This document shows, piece by piece, positions 46,001-61,700 of a stretch of DNA of 64,000 nt (positions are counted from its first letter, which is position 1; each line of letters begins with the position of its first letter). Under the pieces are notes generated by a model, which made no database searches, was not told the origin of the DNA, and worked only from the letters and a program-made list of their open reading frames with translations. The DNA is taken from positions 1,736,001 to 1,800,000 of the forward strand of contig CAXIUT010000183.1 in the NCBI GenBank assembly GCA_964035545.1, in the 5' to 3' direction. A program made the position numbers and the translations under genes. The DNA comes from Bugula neritina. Lineage: Eukaryota; Animalia; Bryozoa.

Positions 46001-49000
46001 ATATGCTCTAGCGCACTGAAATACAATGCAACTTACTGAAAAATACTGCAACATACTGAAATACACTGCAACATCCTACAATATGCTGAAATACACTGTA
46101 ACATATTGAAATACACTGCAACACTTTGAAATATACTGCAACATACCGAAATATATGGTAAACTACTGCAACATACTACAACATATTGAAATACACTGCA
46201 ACACATTGAAATATACTGCAACATACCTAAATATACGGTAATATACTGAAATATACTGTAACACATTGAAAAATACTGCAACATACTGAAATATACTGTA
46301 ACACACCGAAATATACAGCAACATACTGAAATACACTGTAACATACTGAAATATACTGCAACATACTGAAATTCACTGCGACACACTGAAATACGCTGCA
46401 AAATACTACAACATACTGAAATAAACTGTAACATATTGAAATACACTGCAACACATTGAAAAATACTGCAACATACTGAAATATACTGTAACACACCGAA
46501 ATATACAGCAACATACTGAAATACACTGTAACATACTGAAATATACTGCAACATACTGAAACACACTGCTACATACTGAAATATACTGCAATATACTGCA
46601 ACATACTGAAATACACTGTAACATACTGAAATAAACTGCAACATACTACAACATATTGAAATACACTGCAACACATTGAATTATACTGCAACATACCTAA
46701 ATATACGGTAATATACTGAAATTCACTGTAACGCATTGCAAAATACTGCAACATACTGAAATTCACTGCGACACACTGAAATACGCTGCAAAATACTACA
46801 ACATACTGAAATAAACTGTAACATATTGAAATACACTGCAACACATTGAAAAATACTGCAACATACTGAAATATACTGTAACACACTGAAATATACTGCA
46901 ACATACTGAAATACACTGTAACATACTGAAATATACTGCAACATACTGAAATACACTGCTACATACTGAAATATACTGCAACATACTGCAACATACTGCA
47001 ATACACTGCAACATACTGAAATACACAGCAACATACTACAACATATTGAAATACACTGCAACACATTGAAATACACTGCAACTTACCGAATATATGGTAA
47101 ACTACTGAAATATACTGTAACGCATTGAAAAGTACTGCAACATACTGAAATATATTGCGACACATTGCAATAAACTGTAACATACTGAAAAATGCTGTAG
47201 CACACTGAAATACACTGCCATTCATTGAAATATACTGCAACATACTGAAATACACCGCAACATCATACAATATACTGAAATACACTGTAACATAACGAAA
47301 CATATGGTAAACTACTGAAATATATTTTAACACATTGAAAAATACTGCAACATACTGAAATGTATTTTAACACACTGAAAAATACTGCAACATACTGAAA
47401 TATACTGTAACACACTGAAGTACACTGCAACTCACTGAAATATACTGCAATATACTGAAATACACTGCAACATCCTACAAAATGCTGAAATACACTGTAA
47501 CATATTGAAATACACTGCAACACATTGAAATATACTGCAACATACCGAAATATATGGTAAACTACTGAAATATACTGTAACACATTGAAAAAAACTGCAA
47601 CATACTGAAATATACTGCGACACCTAGCAATATACTGCAACATACTGAAATACACTGTAACATACTGAAATATACTGCAACATACTGAAATACACTGCTA
47701 CATACTGAAATATCCTGCAACATACTGCAACATACTGAAATACACTGTAACATACTGAAATAAACTGCAACATACTACAACATATTGAAATACACTGCAA
47801 CACATTGAAATATACTGCAACATACCTAAATATACGGTAATATACTGAAATATACTGTAACACATTGAAAAATACCGCAACATACTGAAATATACTGCGA
47901 CACATTGCAATATACTGTAACATACTGAAATATGCTGTAGCACACTGAAATACACTGCAACACCCTACAACATACTGAAATACACTGTAACATATTGAAA
48001 TACACCGCAAGAAATTGAAATAGACTGCAACACAACAAAATATATGGTAAACTACTGAAATAGACTTTAACACATTGAAAAATACTGCAACATACAGAAA
48101 TATACTGTAACACACTGAAATATACTGCAACATACTGAAATACACTGTAACATACTGAAATATACTGCAACATACTGAAATACACTGCTACATACTGAAA
48201 TATACTGCAACATACTGCAACATACTGCAACATACTGAAATACGCTGTAACATACTGAAATACACTGCAACATACTACAACATATTGAAATACACTGCAA
48301 CACATTGAAATGTACTGCAACATACCGAAATATACGGTAATATACTGAAATACACAGTAACACATTGAAAAATACTGCAACATACCGAAAAACACTGCAA
48401 CACACTGAAACACACCGCAAAATACTACAACACACTGAAATAAACTGTAACATATTGAAATACACTGCAACACATTGAAAAATACTGCAACATACTGAAA
48501 TATACTGTAACACACTGAAATATAGTGCAACATACTGAAATACACTGTAACATACTGAAATATACTGCAACATACTGAAATACACTGCTACATACTGAAA
48601 TATACTGCAACATACTGCAACATACTGCAATACACTGTAACATACTGAAATACACTGAAACGTACTACAACATATTGAAATACACTGCAAAACATTGAAA
48701 TACACTGCAACTTACCGAATATATGGTAAACTACTGAAATATACTGTAACGCATTGAAAAGTACTGCAACATACTGAAAAATATTGCGACACATTGCAAT
48801 AAACTGTAACATACTGAAAAATGCTGTAGCACACTGAAATACACTGCCATTCACTGAAATATACTGCAACATACTGAAATACACCGCAACATCCTACAAC
48901 ATACTGAAATACACTGTAACATATTGAAATACACTGCAACACATTGAAATATACTGCAACATAACGAAATATATGGTAAACTACTGAAATATTTTTTAAC

Positions 49001-52000
49001 ACATTGAAAAATACTGCAACATACTGAAATATATTTTAACACATTGAAAAAAACTGCAACATACTGAAATATACCGTAACACACTGAAGTACACTGCAAC
49101 TCACTGAAATATACTGCAATATACTGAAATACACTGCAACATCCTACAAAATGCTGAAATACACTGTAACATATTGAAATACACTGCAACACATTGAAAT
49201 ATACTGCAACATACCGAAATATATGATAAACTACTGAAATATACTGTGACACATTGAAAAAAGCTGCAACATACTGAAATATACTGCGACACCTAGCAAT
49301 ATACTGTAACATACTGAAATATGCTCTAGCACACTGAAATACAATGCAACTCACTGAAATATACTGCAACATACTGAAATACACAGCAACATCCTACAAC
49401 ATGCTGAAGTACACTGTAACATATTGAAATACACTGCAACACTTTGAAATATACTGCAACATACCGAAATAATTGGTAAACTACTGCAACACACTACAAC
49501 ATATTGAAATACACTGCAACACATTGAAATATACTGCAACATACCTAAATATACGGTAATATACTGAAATATACTGTAACACACCGAAATATACTGCAAC
49601 ATACTGAAATACACTGTAACATACTGAAATATACTGCAACATACTGAAATACACTGCTACATACTGAAATATACTGCAACATACTGCAACATACTGAAAT
49701 ACACTGTAACATACTGAAATAAACTGCAACATACTACAACATATTGAAATACACTGCAACACATTGAAATATACTGCAACATACCTAAATATACGGTAAT
49801 ATACTGAAATATACTGTAACACATTGAAAAAACTGCAACATACTGAAATACACTGCAACACACTGAAATACACCGCAAAATACTACAACATACTTAAATA
49901 CACTGTAACATGTTGAAATCCAGTGCAACACATTGAAATATACTGCAACATACCGAAATATATGGTAAACTAATGAAATATACTGTAACACATTGAAAAA
50001 TACCGCAACATACTGAAATATACTGCGACACATTGCAATATACTGTAACATAACGAAATATGCTCTAGCACACTGAAATACACTGCAACTCACTGAAATA
50101 TACTGCAACATACTGAAATACACTGTGACATACTGAAATATACTGCAACATACTGAAATACACTGCTACATACCGAAATATACTGCAACATACTGCAACA
50201 TACTGAAATACACTGCAGCATACTACAACATACTGAAATACACTGCAACACATTGAAATATACTGCAACATACCAAATATACGGTAATATACCGAAATAT
50301 ACTGTAACGCATTGCAAAATACTGCAACAAACTGAAATACACTGCGACACACTGAAATACGCTGCAAAATACTACAACACACTGAAATAAACTGTAACAT
50401 ATTGAAATACACTGCAACACATTGAAAAATACTGCAACATACTGAAATATACTGTAACACACTGAAATATACTGCAACATACTGAAATACACTGTAACAT
50501 ACTGAAATATACTGCAACATACTGAAATACACTGCTACATACTGAAATATACTGCAACATACTGCAACATACTGCAATACACTGTAACATACTGAAATAC
50601 ACTGAAACATACTACAACATATTGAAATACACTGCAAAACATTGAAATACACTGCAACTTACCGAATATATGGTAAACTACTGAAATATACTGTAACGCA
50701 TTGAAAAGTACTGCAACATACTGAAATATATTGCGACACATTGCAATAAACTGTAACATACTGAAAAATGCTGTAGCACACTGAAATACACTGCCATTCA
50801 CTGAAATATACTGCAACATACTGAAATACACCGCAACATCCTACAACATACTGAAATACACTGTAACATATTGAAATACACTGCAACACATTGAAATATA
50901 CTGCAACATAACGAAATATATGGTAAACTACTGAAATATTTTTTAACACATTGAAAAATACTGCAACATACTGAAATATATTTTAACACATTGAAAAAAA
51001 CTGCAACATACTGAAATATACCGTAACACACTGAAGTACACTGCAACTCACTGAAATATACTGCAATATACTGAAATACACTGCAACATCCTACAAAATG
51101 CTGAAATACACTGTAACATATTGAAATACACTGCAACACATTGAAATATACTGCAACATACCGAAATATATGATAAACTACTGAAATATACTGTGACACA
51201 TTGAAAAAAGCTGCAACATAGTGAAATATACCGCGACACCTAGCAATATACTGTAACATACTGAAATATGCTCTAGCACACTGAAATACAATGCAACTCA
51301 CTGAAATATACTGCAACATACTGAAATACACAGCAACATCCTACAACATGCTGAAGTACACTGTAACATATTGAAATACACTGCAACACTTTGAAATATA
51401 CTGCAACATACCGAAATATATGGCAAACTACTGCAACACACTACAACATATTGAAATACACTGCAACACATTGAAATATACTGCAACATACCTAAATATA
51501 CGGTAATATACTGAAATATACTGTAACACACTGAAATATACTGCAACATACTGAAATACACTGTAACATACTGAAATATACTGCAACATACTGAAATACA
51601 CTGCTACATACTGAAATATACTGCAACATACTGCAACATACTGAAATACACTGTAACATACTGAAATAAACTGCAACATACTACAACATATTGAAATACA
51701 CTGCAACACATTGAAATATACTGCAACATACCTAAATATACGGTAATATACTGAAATATACTGTAACACATTGAAAAAACTGCAACATACTGAAATACAC
51801 TGCAACACACTGAAATACACCGCAAAATACTACAACATACTTAAATACACTGTAACATATTGAAATCCAGTGCAACACATTGAAATATACTGCAACATAC
51901 CGAAATATATGGTAAACTAATGAAATATACTGTAACACATTGAAAAATACCGCAACATACTGAAATATACTGTGACACATTGCAATATACTGTAACATAC

Positions 52001-52795
52001 TGAAATATGCTGTAGCACACTGAAATACACTGCAACATCCTACAACATACTGAAATACACTGTAAAATATTGAAATACACTGCAAGAAATTGAAATAGAC
52101 TGCAACACAACAAAATATATGGTAAACTACTGAAATAGACTTTAACACATTGAAAAATACTGCAACATACAGAAATATACTGTAACACACTGAAATATAC
52201 TGCAACATACTGAAATACACTGTAACATACTGAAATACACAGCAACATCCTACAACATGCTGAAATACACTGTAACATATTGAAATACACTGCAACACAT
52301 TGAAATATACTGCAACATACCGAAATGTATGGTAAACTACTGAAATATACTGTAACACATTGAAAAATACTGCAACGTGCTGAAATATACTGCGACACCT
52401 AGCAATATACTGTAACATACTGAAATATGCTCTAGCGCACTGAAATACAATGCAACTTACTGAAAAATACTGCAACATACTGAAATACACTGCAACATCC
52501 TACAATATGCTGAAATACACTGTAACATATTGAAATACACTGCAACACTTTGAAATATACTGCAACATACCGAAATATATGGTAAACTACTGCAACATAC
52601 TACAACATATTGAAATACACTGCAACACATTGAAATATACTGCAACATACCTAAATATACGGTAATATACTGAAATATACTGTAACACATTGAAAAATAC
52701 TGCAACATACTGAAATATACTGTAACACACCGAAATATACAGCAACATACTGAAATACACTGTAACATACTGAAATATACTGCAACATACTGAAA
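40026..52795 (+). repeat. Tandem duplication, period 6424 bp, each copy containing an internal 1947-bp-offset duplication
   Basis: ORF pairs 40145/46569, 41200/47624, 43057/49481, 45308/51732 and 46033/52457. Private variants CGAAATAATTGG 43041/49465 and ATATGGCAAAC ~44994/51418. Internal pairs 42164/44111 and 43057/45004. Confidence 0.95.
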
Positions 52796-55700
52796 CACAC
52801 TGCTACATACTGAAATATACTGCAATATACTGCAACATACTGAAATACACTGTAACATACTGAAATAAACTGCAACATACTACAACATATTGAAATACAC
52901 TGCAACACATTGAAATATACTGCAACATACCTAAATATACGGTAATATACTGAAATTCACTGTAACGCATTGCAAAATACTGCAACATACTGAAATTCAC
53001 TGCGACACACTGAAATACGCTGCAAAATACTACAACATACTGAAATAAACTGTAACATATTGAAATACACTGCAACACATTGAAAAATACTGCAACATAC
53101 TGAAATATACTGTAACACACTGAAATATACTGCAACATACTGAAATACACTGTAACATACTGAAATATACTGCAACATACTGAAATACACTGCTACATAC
53201 TGAAATATACTGCAACATACTGCAACATACTGCAATACACTGTAACATACTGAAATACACTGCAACATACTACAACATATTGAAATACACTGCAACACAT
53301 TGAAATACACTGCAACTTACCGAATATATGGTAAACTACTGAAATATACTGTAACGCATTGAAAAGTACTGCAACATACTGAAATATATTGCGACACATT
53401 GCAATAAACTGTAACATACTGAAAAATGCTGTAGCACACTGAAATACACTGCCATTCACTGAAATATACTGCAACATACTGAAATACACCGCAACATCAT
53501 ACAACATACTGAAATACACTGTAACATAACGAAACATATGGTAAACTACTGAAATATATTTTAACACATTGAAAAATACTGCAACATACTGAAATGTATT
53601 TTAAAACATTGAAAAATACTGCAACATACTGAAATATACTGTAACACACTGAAGTACACTGCAACTCACTGAAATATACTGCAATATACTGAAATACATT
53701 GCAACATCCTACAAAATGCTGAAATACACTGTAACATATTGAAATACACTGCAACACATTGAAATATACTGCAACATACCGAAATATATAGTAAACTACT
53801 GAAATATACTGTAACACATTGAAAAAAACTGCAACATACTGAAATATACTGCGACACCTAGCAATATACTGCAACATACTGAAATACACTGTAACATACT
53901 GAAATATACTGCAACATACTGAAATACACTGCTACATACTGAAATATACTGCAACATACTGCAACATACTGAAATACACTGTAACATACTGAAATAAACT
54001 GCAACATACTACAACATATTGAAATACACTGCAACACATTGAAATATACTGCAACATACCTAACTATACGGTAATATACTGAAATATACTGTAACACATT
54101 GAAAAATACCGCAACATACTGAAATATACTGCGACACATTACAATATACTGTAACATACTGAAATATGCTGTAGCACACTGAAATACACTGCAACACCCT
54201 ACAACATACTGAAATACACTGTAACATATTGAAATACACCGCAAGAAATTGAAATAGACTGCAACACAACAAAATATATGGTAAACTACTGAAATAGACT
54301 TTAACACATTGAAAAATACTGCAACATACAGAAATATACTGTAACACACTGAAATATACTGCAACATACTGAAATACACTGTAACATACTGAAATATACT
54401 GCAACATACTGAAATACACTGCTACATACTGAAATATACTGCAACATACTGCAACATACTGCAACATACTGAAATACGCTGTAACATACTGAAATACACT
54501 GCAACATACTACAACATATTGAAATACACTGCAACACATTGAAATGTACTGCAACATACCGAAATATACGGTAATATACTGAAATACACAGTAACACATT
54601 GAAAAATACTGCAACATACCGAAAAACACTGCAACACACTGAAACACACCGCAAAAAACTACAACATACTGAAATACACTGTAACATATTGAAGTACACT
54701 GCAACACATTTAAATATACTGCAACATACCAAAATATATGGTAAACAACTGAAATATACTTTAACACATTGAAAAATACTGCAACATACTGAAATATACT
54801 GCGACACATTGCAATATACTGTAACATAACGAAATATGCTCTAGCACACTGAAATACACTGCAACTCACTGAAATATACTGCAACATACTGAAATACACT
54901 GTGACATACTGAAATATACTGCAACATACTGAAATACACTGCTACATACCGAAATATACTGCAACATACTGCAACATACTGAAATACACTGCAGCATACT
55001 ACAACATACTGAAATACACTGCAACACATTGAAATATACTGCAACATACCAAATATACGGTAATATACCGAAATATACTGTAACGCATTGCAAAATACTG
55101 CAACAAACTGAAATACACTGCGACACACTGAAATACGCTGCAAAATACTACAACACACTGAAATAAACTGTAACATATTGAAATACACTGCAACACATTG
55201 AAAAATACTGCAACATACTGAAATATACTGTAACACACTGAAATATACTGCAACATACTGAAATACACTGTAACATACCTAAATATACTGCAACATACTG
55301 AAATACACTGCTACATACTGAAATATACTGCAACATACTGCAACATACTGCAATACACTGTAACATACTGAAATACACTGCAACATACTACAACATATTG
55401 AAATACACTGCAACACATTGAAATACACTGCAACTTACCGAATATATGGTAAACTACTGAAATATACTGTAACGCATTGAAAAGTACTGCAACATACTGA
55501 AATATATTGCGACACATTGCAATAAACTGTAACATACTGAAAAATGCTGTAGCACACTGAAATACACTGCCATTCACTGAAATATACAGCAACATACTGA
55601 AATACACCGCAACATCATACAACATACTGAAATACACTGTAACATAACGAAACATATGGTAAACTACTGAAATATATTTTAACACATTGAAAAATACTGC

Positions 55701-58700
55701 AACATACTGAAATGTATTTTAACACATTGAAAAATACTGCAACATACTGAAATACACTGTAACATACTGAAATATACTGCAACATACTGAAATACACTGC
55801 TACATACTGAAATATACTGCAACATACTGCAACATACTGCAACATACTGAAATACGCTGTAACATACTGAAATACACTGCAACATACTACAACATATTGA
55901 AATACACTGCAACACATTGAAATGTACTGCAACATACCGAAATATACGGTAATATACTGAAATACACAGTAACACATTGAAAAATACTGCAACATACCGA
56001 AAAACACCGCAACACACTGAAACACACCGCAAAAAACTACAACATACTGAAATACACTGTAACATATTGAAGTACACTGCAACACATTTAAATATACTGC
56101 AACATACCAAAATATATGGTAAACAACTGAAATATACTTTAACACATTGAAAAATACTGCAACATACTGAAATATACTGCGACACATTGCAATATACTGT
56201 AACATAACGAAATATGCTCTAGCACACTGAAATACACTGCAACTCACTGAAATATACTGCAACATACTGAAATACACTGTGACATACTGAAACATACTGC
56301 AACATACTGAAATACACTGCTACATACCGAAATATACTGCAACATACTGCAACATACTGAAATACACTGCAGCATACTACAACATACTGAAATACACTGC
56401 AACACATTGAAATATACTGCAACATACCAAATATACGGTAATATACCGAAATATACTGTAACGCATTGCAAAATACTGCAACAAACTGAAATACACTGCG
56501 ACACACTGAAATACGCTGCAAAATACTACAACACACTGAAATAAACTGTAACATATTGAAATACACTGCAACACATTGAAAAATACTGCAACATACTGAA
56601 ATATACTGTAACACACTGAAATATACTGCAACATACTGAAATACACTGTAACATACTGAAATATACTGCAACATACTGAAATACACTGCTACATACTGAA
56701 ATATACTGCAACATACTGCAACATACTGCAATACACTGTAACATACTGAAATACACTGAAACATATTATAACATATTGAATTACACTGCAAAACATTGAA
56801 ATACACTGCAACTTACCGAATATATGGTAAACTACTGAAATATACTGTAACGCATTGAAAAGTACTGCAACATACTGAAATATATTGCGACACATTGCAA
56901 TAAACTGTAACATACTGAAAAATGCTGTAGCACACTGAAATACACTGCCATTCACTGAAATATAGTGCAACATACTGAAATACACCGCAACATCCTACAA
57001 CATACTGAAATACACTGTAACATATTGAAATACACTGCAACACATTGAAATATACTGCAACATAACGAAATATATGGTAAACTACTGAAATATTTTTTAA
57101 CACATTGAAAAATGCTGCAACATACTGAAATATATTTTAACACATTGAAAAATACTGCAACATACTGAAATATACCGTAACACACTGAAGTACACTGCAA
57201 CTCACTGAAATATACTGCAATATACTGAAATACACTGCAACATCCTACAAAATGCTGAAATACACTGTAACATATTGAAATACACTGCAACACATTGAAA
57301 TATACTGCAACATAACGAAATATATGGTAAACTACTGAAATATTTTTTAACACATTGAAAAATACTGCAACATACTGAAATATATTTTAACACATTGAAA
57401 AATACTGCAACATACTGAAATTTACCGTAACACACTGAAGTACACTGCAACTCACTGAAATATACTGCAATATACTGAAATACACTGCAACATCCTACAA
57501 AATGCTGAAATACACTGTAACATATCGAAATACACTGCAACACATTGAAATATACTGCAACATACCGAAATATATGATAAACTACTGAAATATACTGTGA
57601 CACATTGAAAAAAGCTGCAACATACTGAAATATACTGCGACACCTAGCAATATACTGTAACATACTGAAATATGCTCTAGCACACTGAAATACAATGCAA
57701 CTCACTGAAATATACTGCAACATACTGAAATACACAGCAACATCCTACAACATGCTGAAGTACACTGTAACATATTGAAATACACTGCAACACTTTGAAA
57801 TATACTGCAACATACCGAAATATATGGTAAACTACTGCAACACACTACAACATATTGAAATACACTGCAACACATTGAAATATACTGCAACATACCTAAA
57901 TATACGGTAATATACTGAAATATACTGTAACACACTGAAATATACTGCAACATACTGAAATACACTGTAACATACTGAAATATACTGCAACATACTGAAA
58001 TACACTGCTACATACTGAAATATACTGCAACATACTGCAACATACTGAAATACACTGTAACATACTGAAATAAACTGCAACATACTACAACATATTGAAA
58101 TACACTGCAACACATTGAAATATACTGCAACATACCTAAATATACGGTAATATACTGAAATATACTGTAACACATTGAAAAAACTGCAACATACTGAAAT
58201 ACACTGCAACACACTGAAATACACCGCAAAATACTACAACATACTTAAATACACTGTAACATATTGAAATCCAGTGCAACACATTGAAATATACTGCAAC
58301 ATACCGAAATATATGGTAAACTAATGAAATATACTGTAACACATTGAAAAATACCGCAACATAGTGAAATATACTGCGACACATTGCAATATACTGTAAC
58401 ATACTGAAATATGCTGTAGCACACTGAAATACACTGCAACATCCTACAACATACTGAAATACACTGTAAAATATTGAAATACACTGCAAGAAATTGAAAT
58501 AGACTGCAACACAACAAAATATATGGTAAACTACTGAAATAGACTTTAACACATTGAAAAATATTGCAACATACAGAAATATACTGTAACACACTGAAAT
58601 ATACTGCAACATACTGAAATACACTGTAACATACTGAAATACACAGCAACATCCTACAACATGCTGAAATACACTGTAACATATTGAAATACACTGCAAC

Positions 58701-61700
58701 ACATTGAAATATACTGCAACATACCGAAATATATGGTAAACTACTGAAATATACTGTAACACATTGAAAAATACTGCAACGTGCTGAAATATACTGCGAC
58801 ACCTAGCAATATACTGTAACATACTGAAATATGCTCTAGCGCACTGAAATACAATGCAACTTACTGAAAAATACTGCAACATACTGAAATACACTGCAAC
58901 ATCCTACAATATGCTGAAATACACTGTAACATATTGAAATACACTGCAACACTTTGAAATATACTGCAACATACCGAAATATATGGTAAACTACTGCAAC
59001 ATACTACAACATATTGAAATACACTGCAACACATTGAAATATACTGCAACATACCTAAATATACGGTAATATACTGAAATATACTGTAACACATTGAAAA
59101 ATACTGCAACATACTGAAATATACTGTAACACACCGAAATATACAGCAACATACTGAAATACACTGTAACATACTGAAATATACTGCAACATACTGAAAC
59201 ACACTGCTACATACTGAAATATACTGCAATATACTGCAACATACTGAAATACACTGTAACATACTGAAATAAACTGCAACATACTACAACATATTGAAGT
59301 ACACTGCAACACATTGAAGTATACTGCAACATACCTAAATATACGGTAATATACTGAAATTCACTGTAACGCATTGCAAAATACTGCAACATACTGAAAT
59401 TCACTGCGACACACTGAAATACGCTGCAAAATACTACAACATACTGAAATAAACTGTAACATATTGAAATACACTGCAACACATTGAAAAATACTGCAAC
59501 ATACTGAAATATACTGTAACACACTGAAATATACTGCAACATACTGAAATACACTGTAACATACTGAAATATACTGCAACATACTGAAATACACTGCTAC
59601 ATACTGAAATATACTGCAACATACTGCAACATACTGCAATACACTGTAACATACTGAAATACACTGCAACATACTACAACATATTGAAATACACTGCAAC
59701 ACATTGAAATACACTGCAACTTACCGAATATATGGTAAACTACTGAAATATGCTGTAACGCATTGAAAAGTACTGCAACATACTGAAATATATTGCGACA
59801 CATTGCAATAAACTGTAACATACTGAAAAATGCTGTAGCACACTGAAATACACTGCCATTCACTGAAATATACTGCAACATACTGAAATACACCGCAACA
59901 TCATACAACATACTGAAATACACTGTAACATAACGAAACATATGGTAAACTACTGAAATATATTTTAACACATTGAAAAATACTGCAACATACTGAAATG
60001 TATTTTAACACATTGAAAAATACTGCAACATACTGAAATATACTGTAACACACTGAAGTACACTGCAACTCACTGAAATATACTGCAATATACTGAAATA
60101 CATTGCAACATCCTACAAAATGCTGAAATACACTGTAACATATTGAAATACACTGCAACACATTGAAATATACTGCAACATACCGAAATATATGGTAAAC
60201 TACTGAAATATACTGTAACACATTGAAAAAAACTGCAACATACTGAAATATACTGCGACACCTAGCAATATACTGCAACATACTGAAATACACTGTAACA
60301 TACTGAAATATACTGCAACATACTGAAATACACTGCTACATACTGAAATATACTGCAACATACTGCAACATACTGAAATACACTGTAACATACTGAAATA
60401 AACTGCAACATACTACAACATATTGAAATACACTGCAACACATTGAAATATACTGCAACATACCTAAATATACGGTAATATACTGAAATATACTGTAACA
60501 CATTGAAAAATACCGCAACATACTGAAATATACTGCGACACATTACAATATACTGTAACATACTGAAATATGCTGTAGCACACTGAAATACACTGCAACA
60601 CCCTACAACATACTGAAATACACTGTAACATATTGAAATACACCGCAAGAAATTGAAATAGACTGCAACACAACAAAATATATGGTAAACTACTGAAATA
60701 GACTTTAACACATTGAAAAATACTGCAACATACAGAAATATACTGTAACACACTGAAATATACTGCAACATACTGAAATACACTGTAACATACTGAAATA
60801 TACTGCGACACATTGCAATATACTGTAACAAAACGAAATATGCTCTAGCACACTGAAATACACTGCAACTCACTGAAATATACTGCAACATACTGAAATA
60901 CACTGGGACATACTGAAATATACTGCAACATACTGAAATACACTGCTACATACCGAAATATACTGCAACATACTGCAACATACTGAAATACACTGCAGCA
61001 TACTACAACATACTGAAATACACTGCAACACATTGAAATATACTGCAACATACCAAATATACGGTAATATACCGAAATATACTGTAACGCATTGCAAAAT
61101 ACTGCAACAAACTGAAATACACTGCGACACACTGAAATACGCTGCAAAATACTACAACACACTGAAATAAACTGTAACATATTGAAATACACTGCAACAC
61201 ATTGAAAAATACTGCAACATACTGAAATATACTGTAACACACTGAAATATACTGCAACATACTGAAATACACTGTAACATACCTAAATATACTGCAACAT
61301 ACTGAAATACACTGCTACATACTGAAATATACTGCAACATACTGCAACATACTGCAATACACTGTAACATACTGAAATACACTGCAACATACTACAACAT
61401 ATTGAAATACACTGCAACACATTGAAATACACTGCAACTTACCGAATATATGGTAAACTACTGAAATATACTGTAACGCATTGAAAAGTACTGCAACATA
61501 CTGAAATATATTGCGACACATTGCAATAAACTGTAACATACTGAAAAATGCTGTAGCACACTGAAATACACTGCCATTCACTGAAATATACTGCAACATA
61601 CTGAAATACACCGCAACATCCTACAACATACTGAAATACACTGTAACATATTGAAATACACTGCAACACATTGAAATATACTGCAACATAACGAAATATA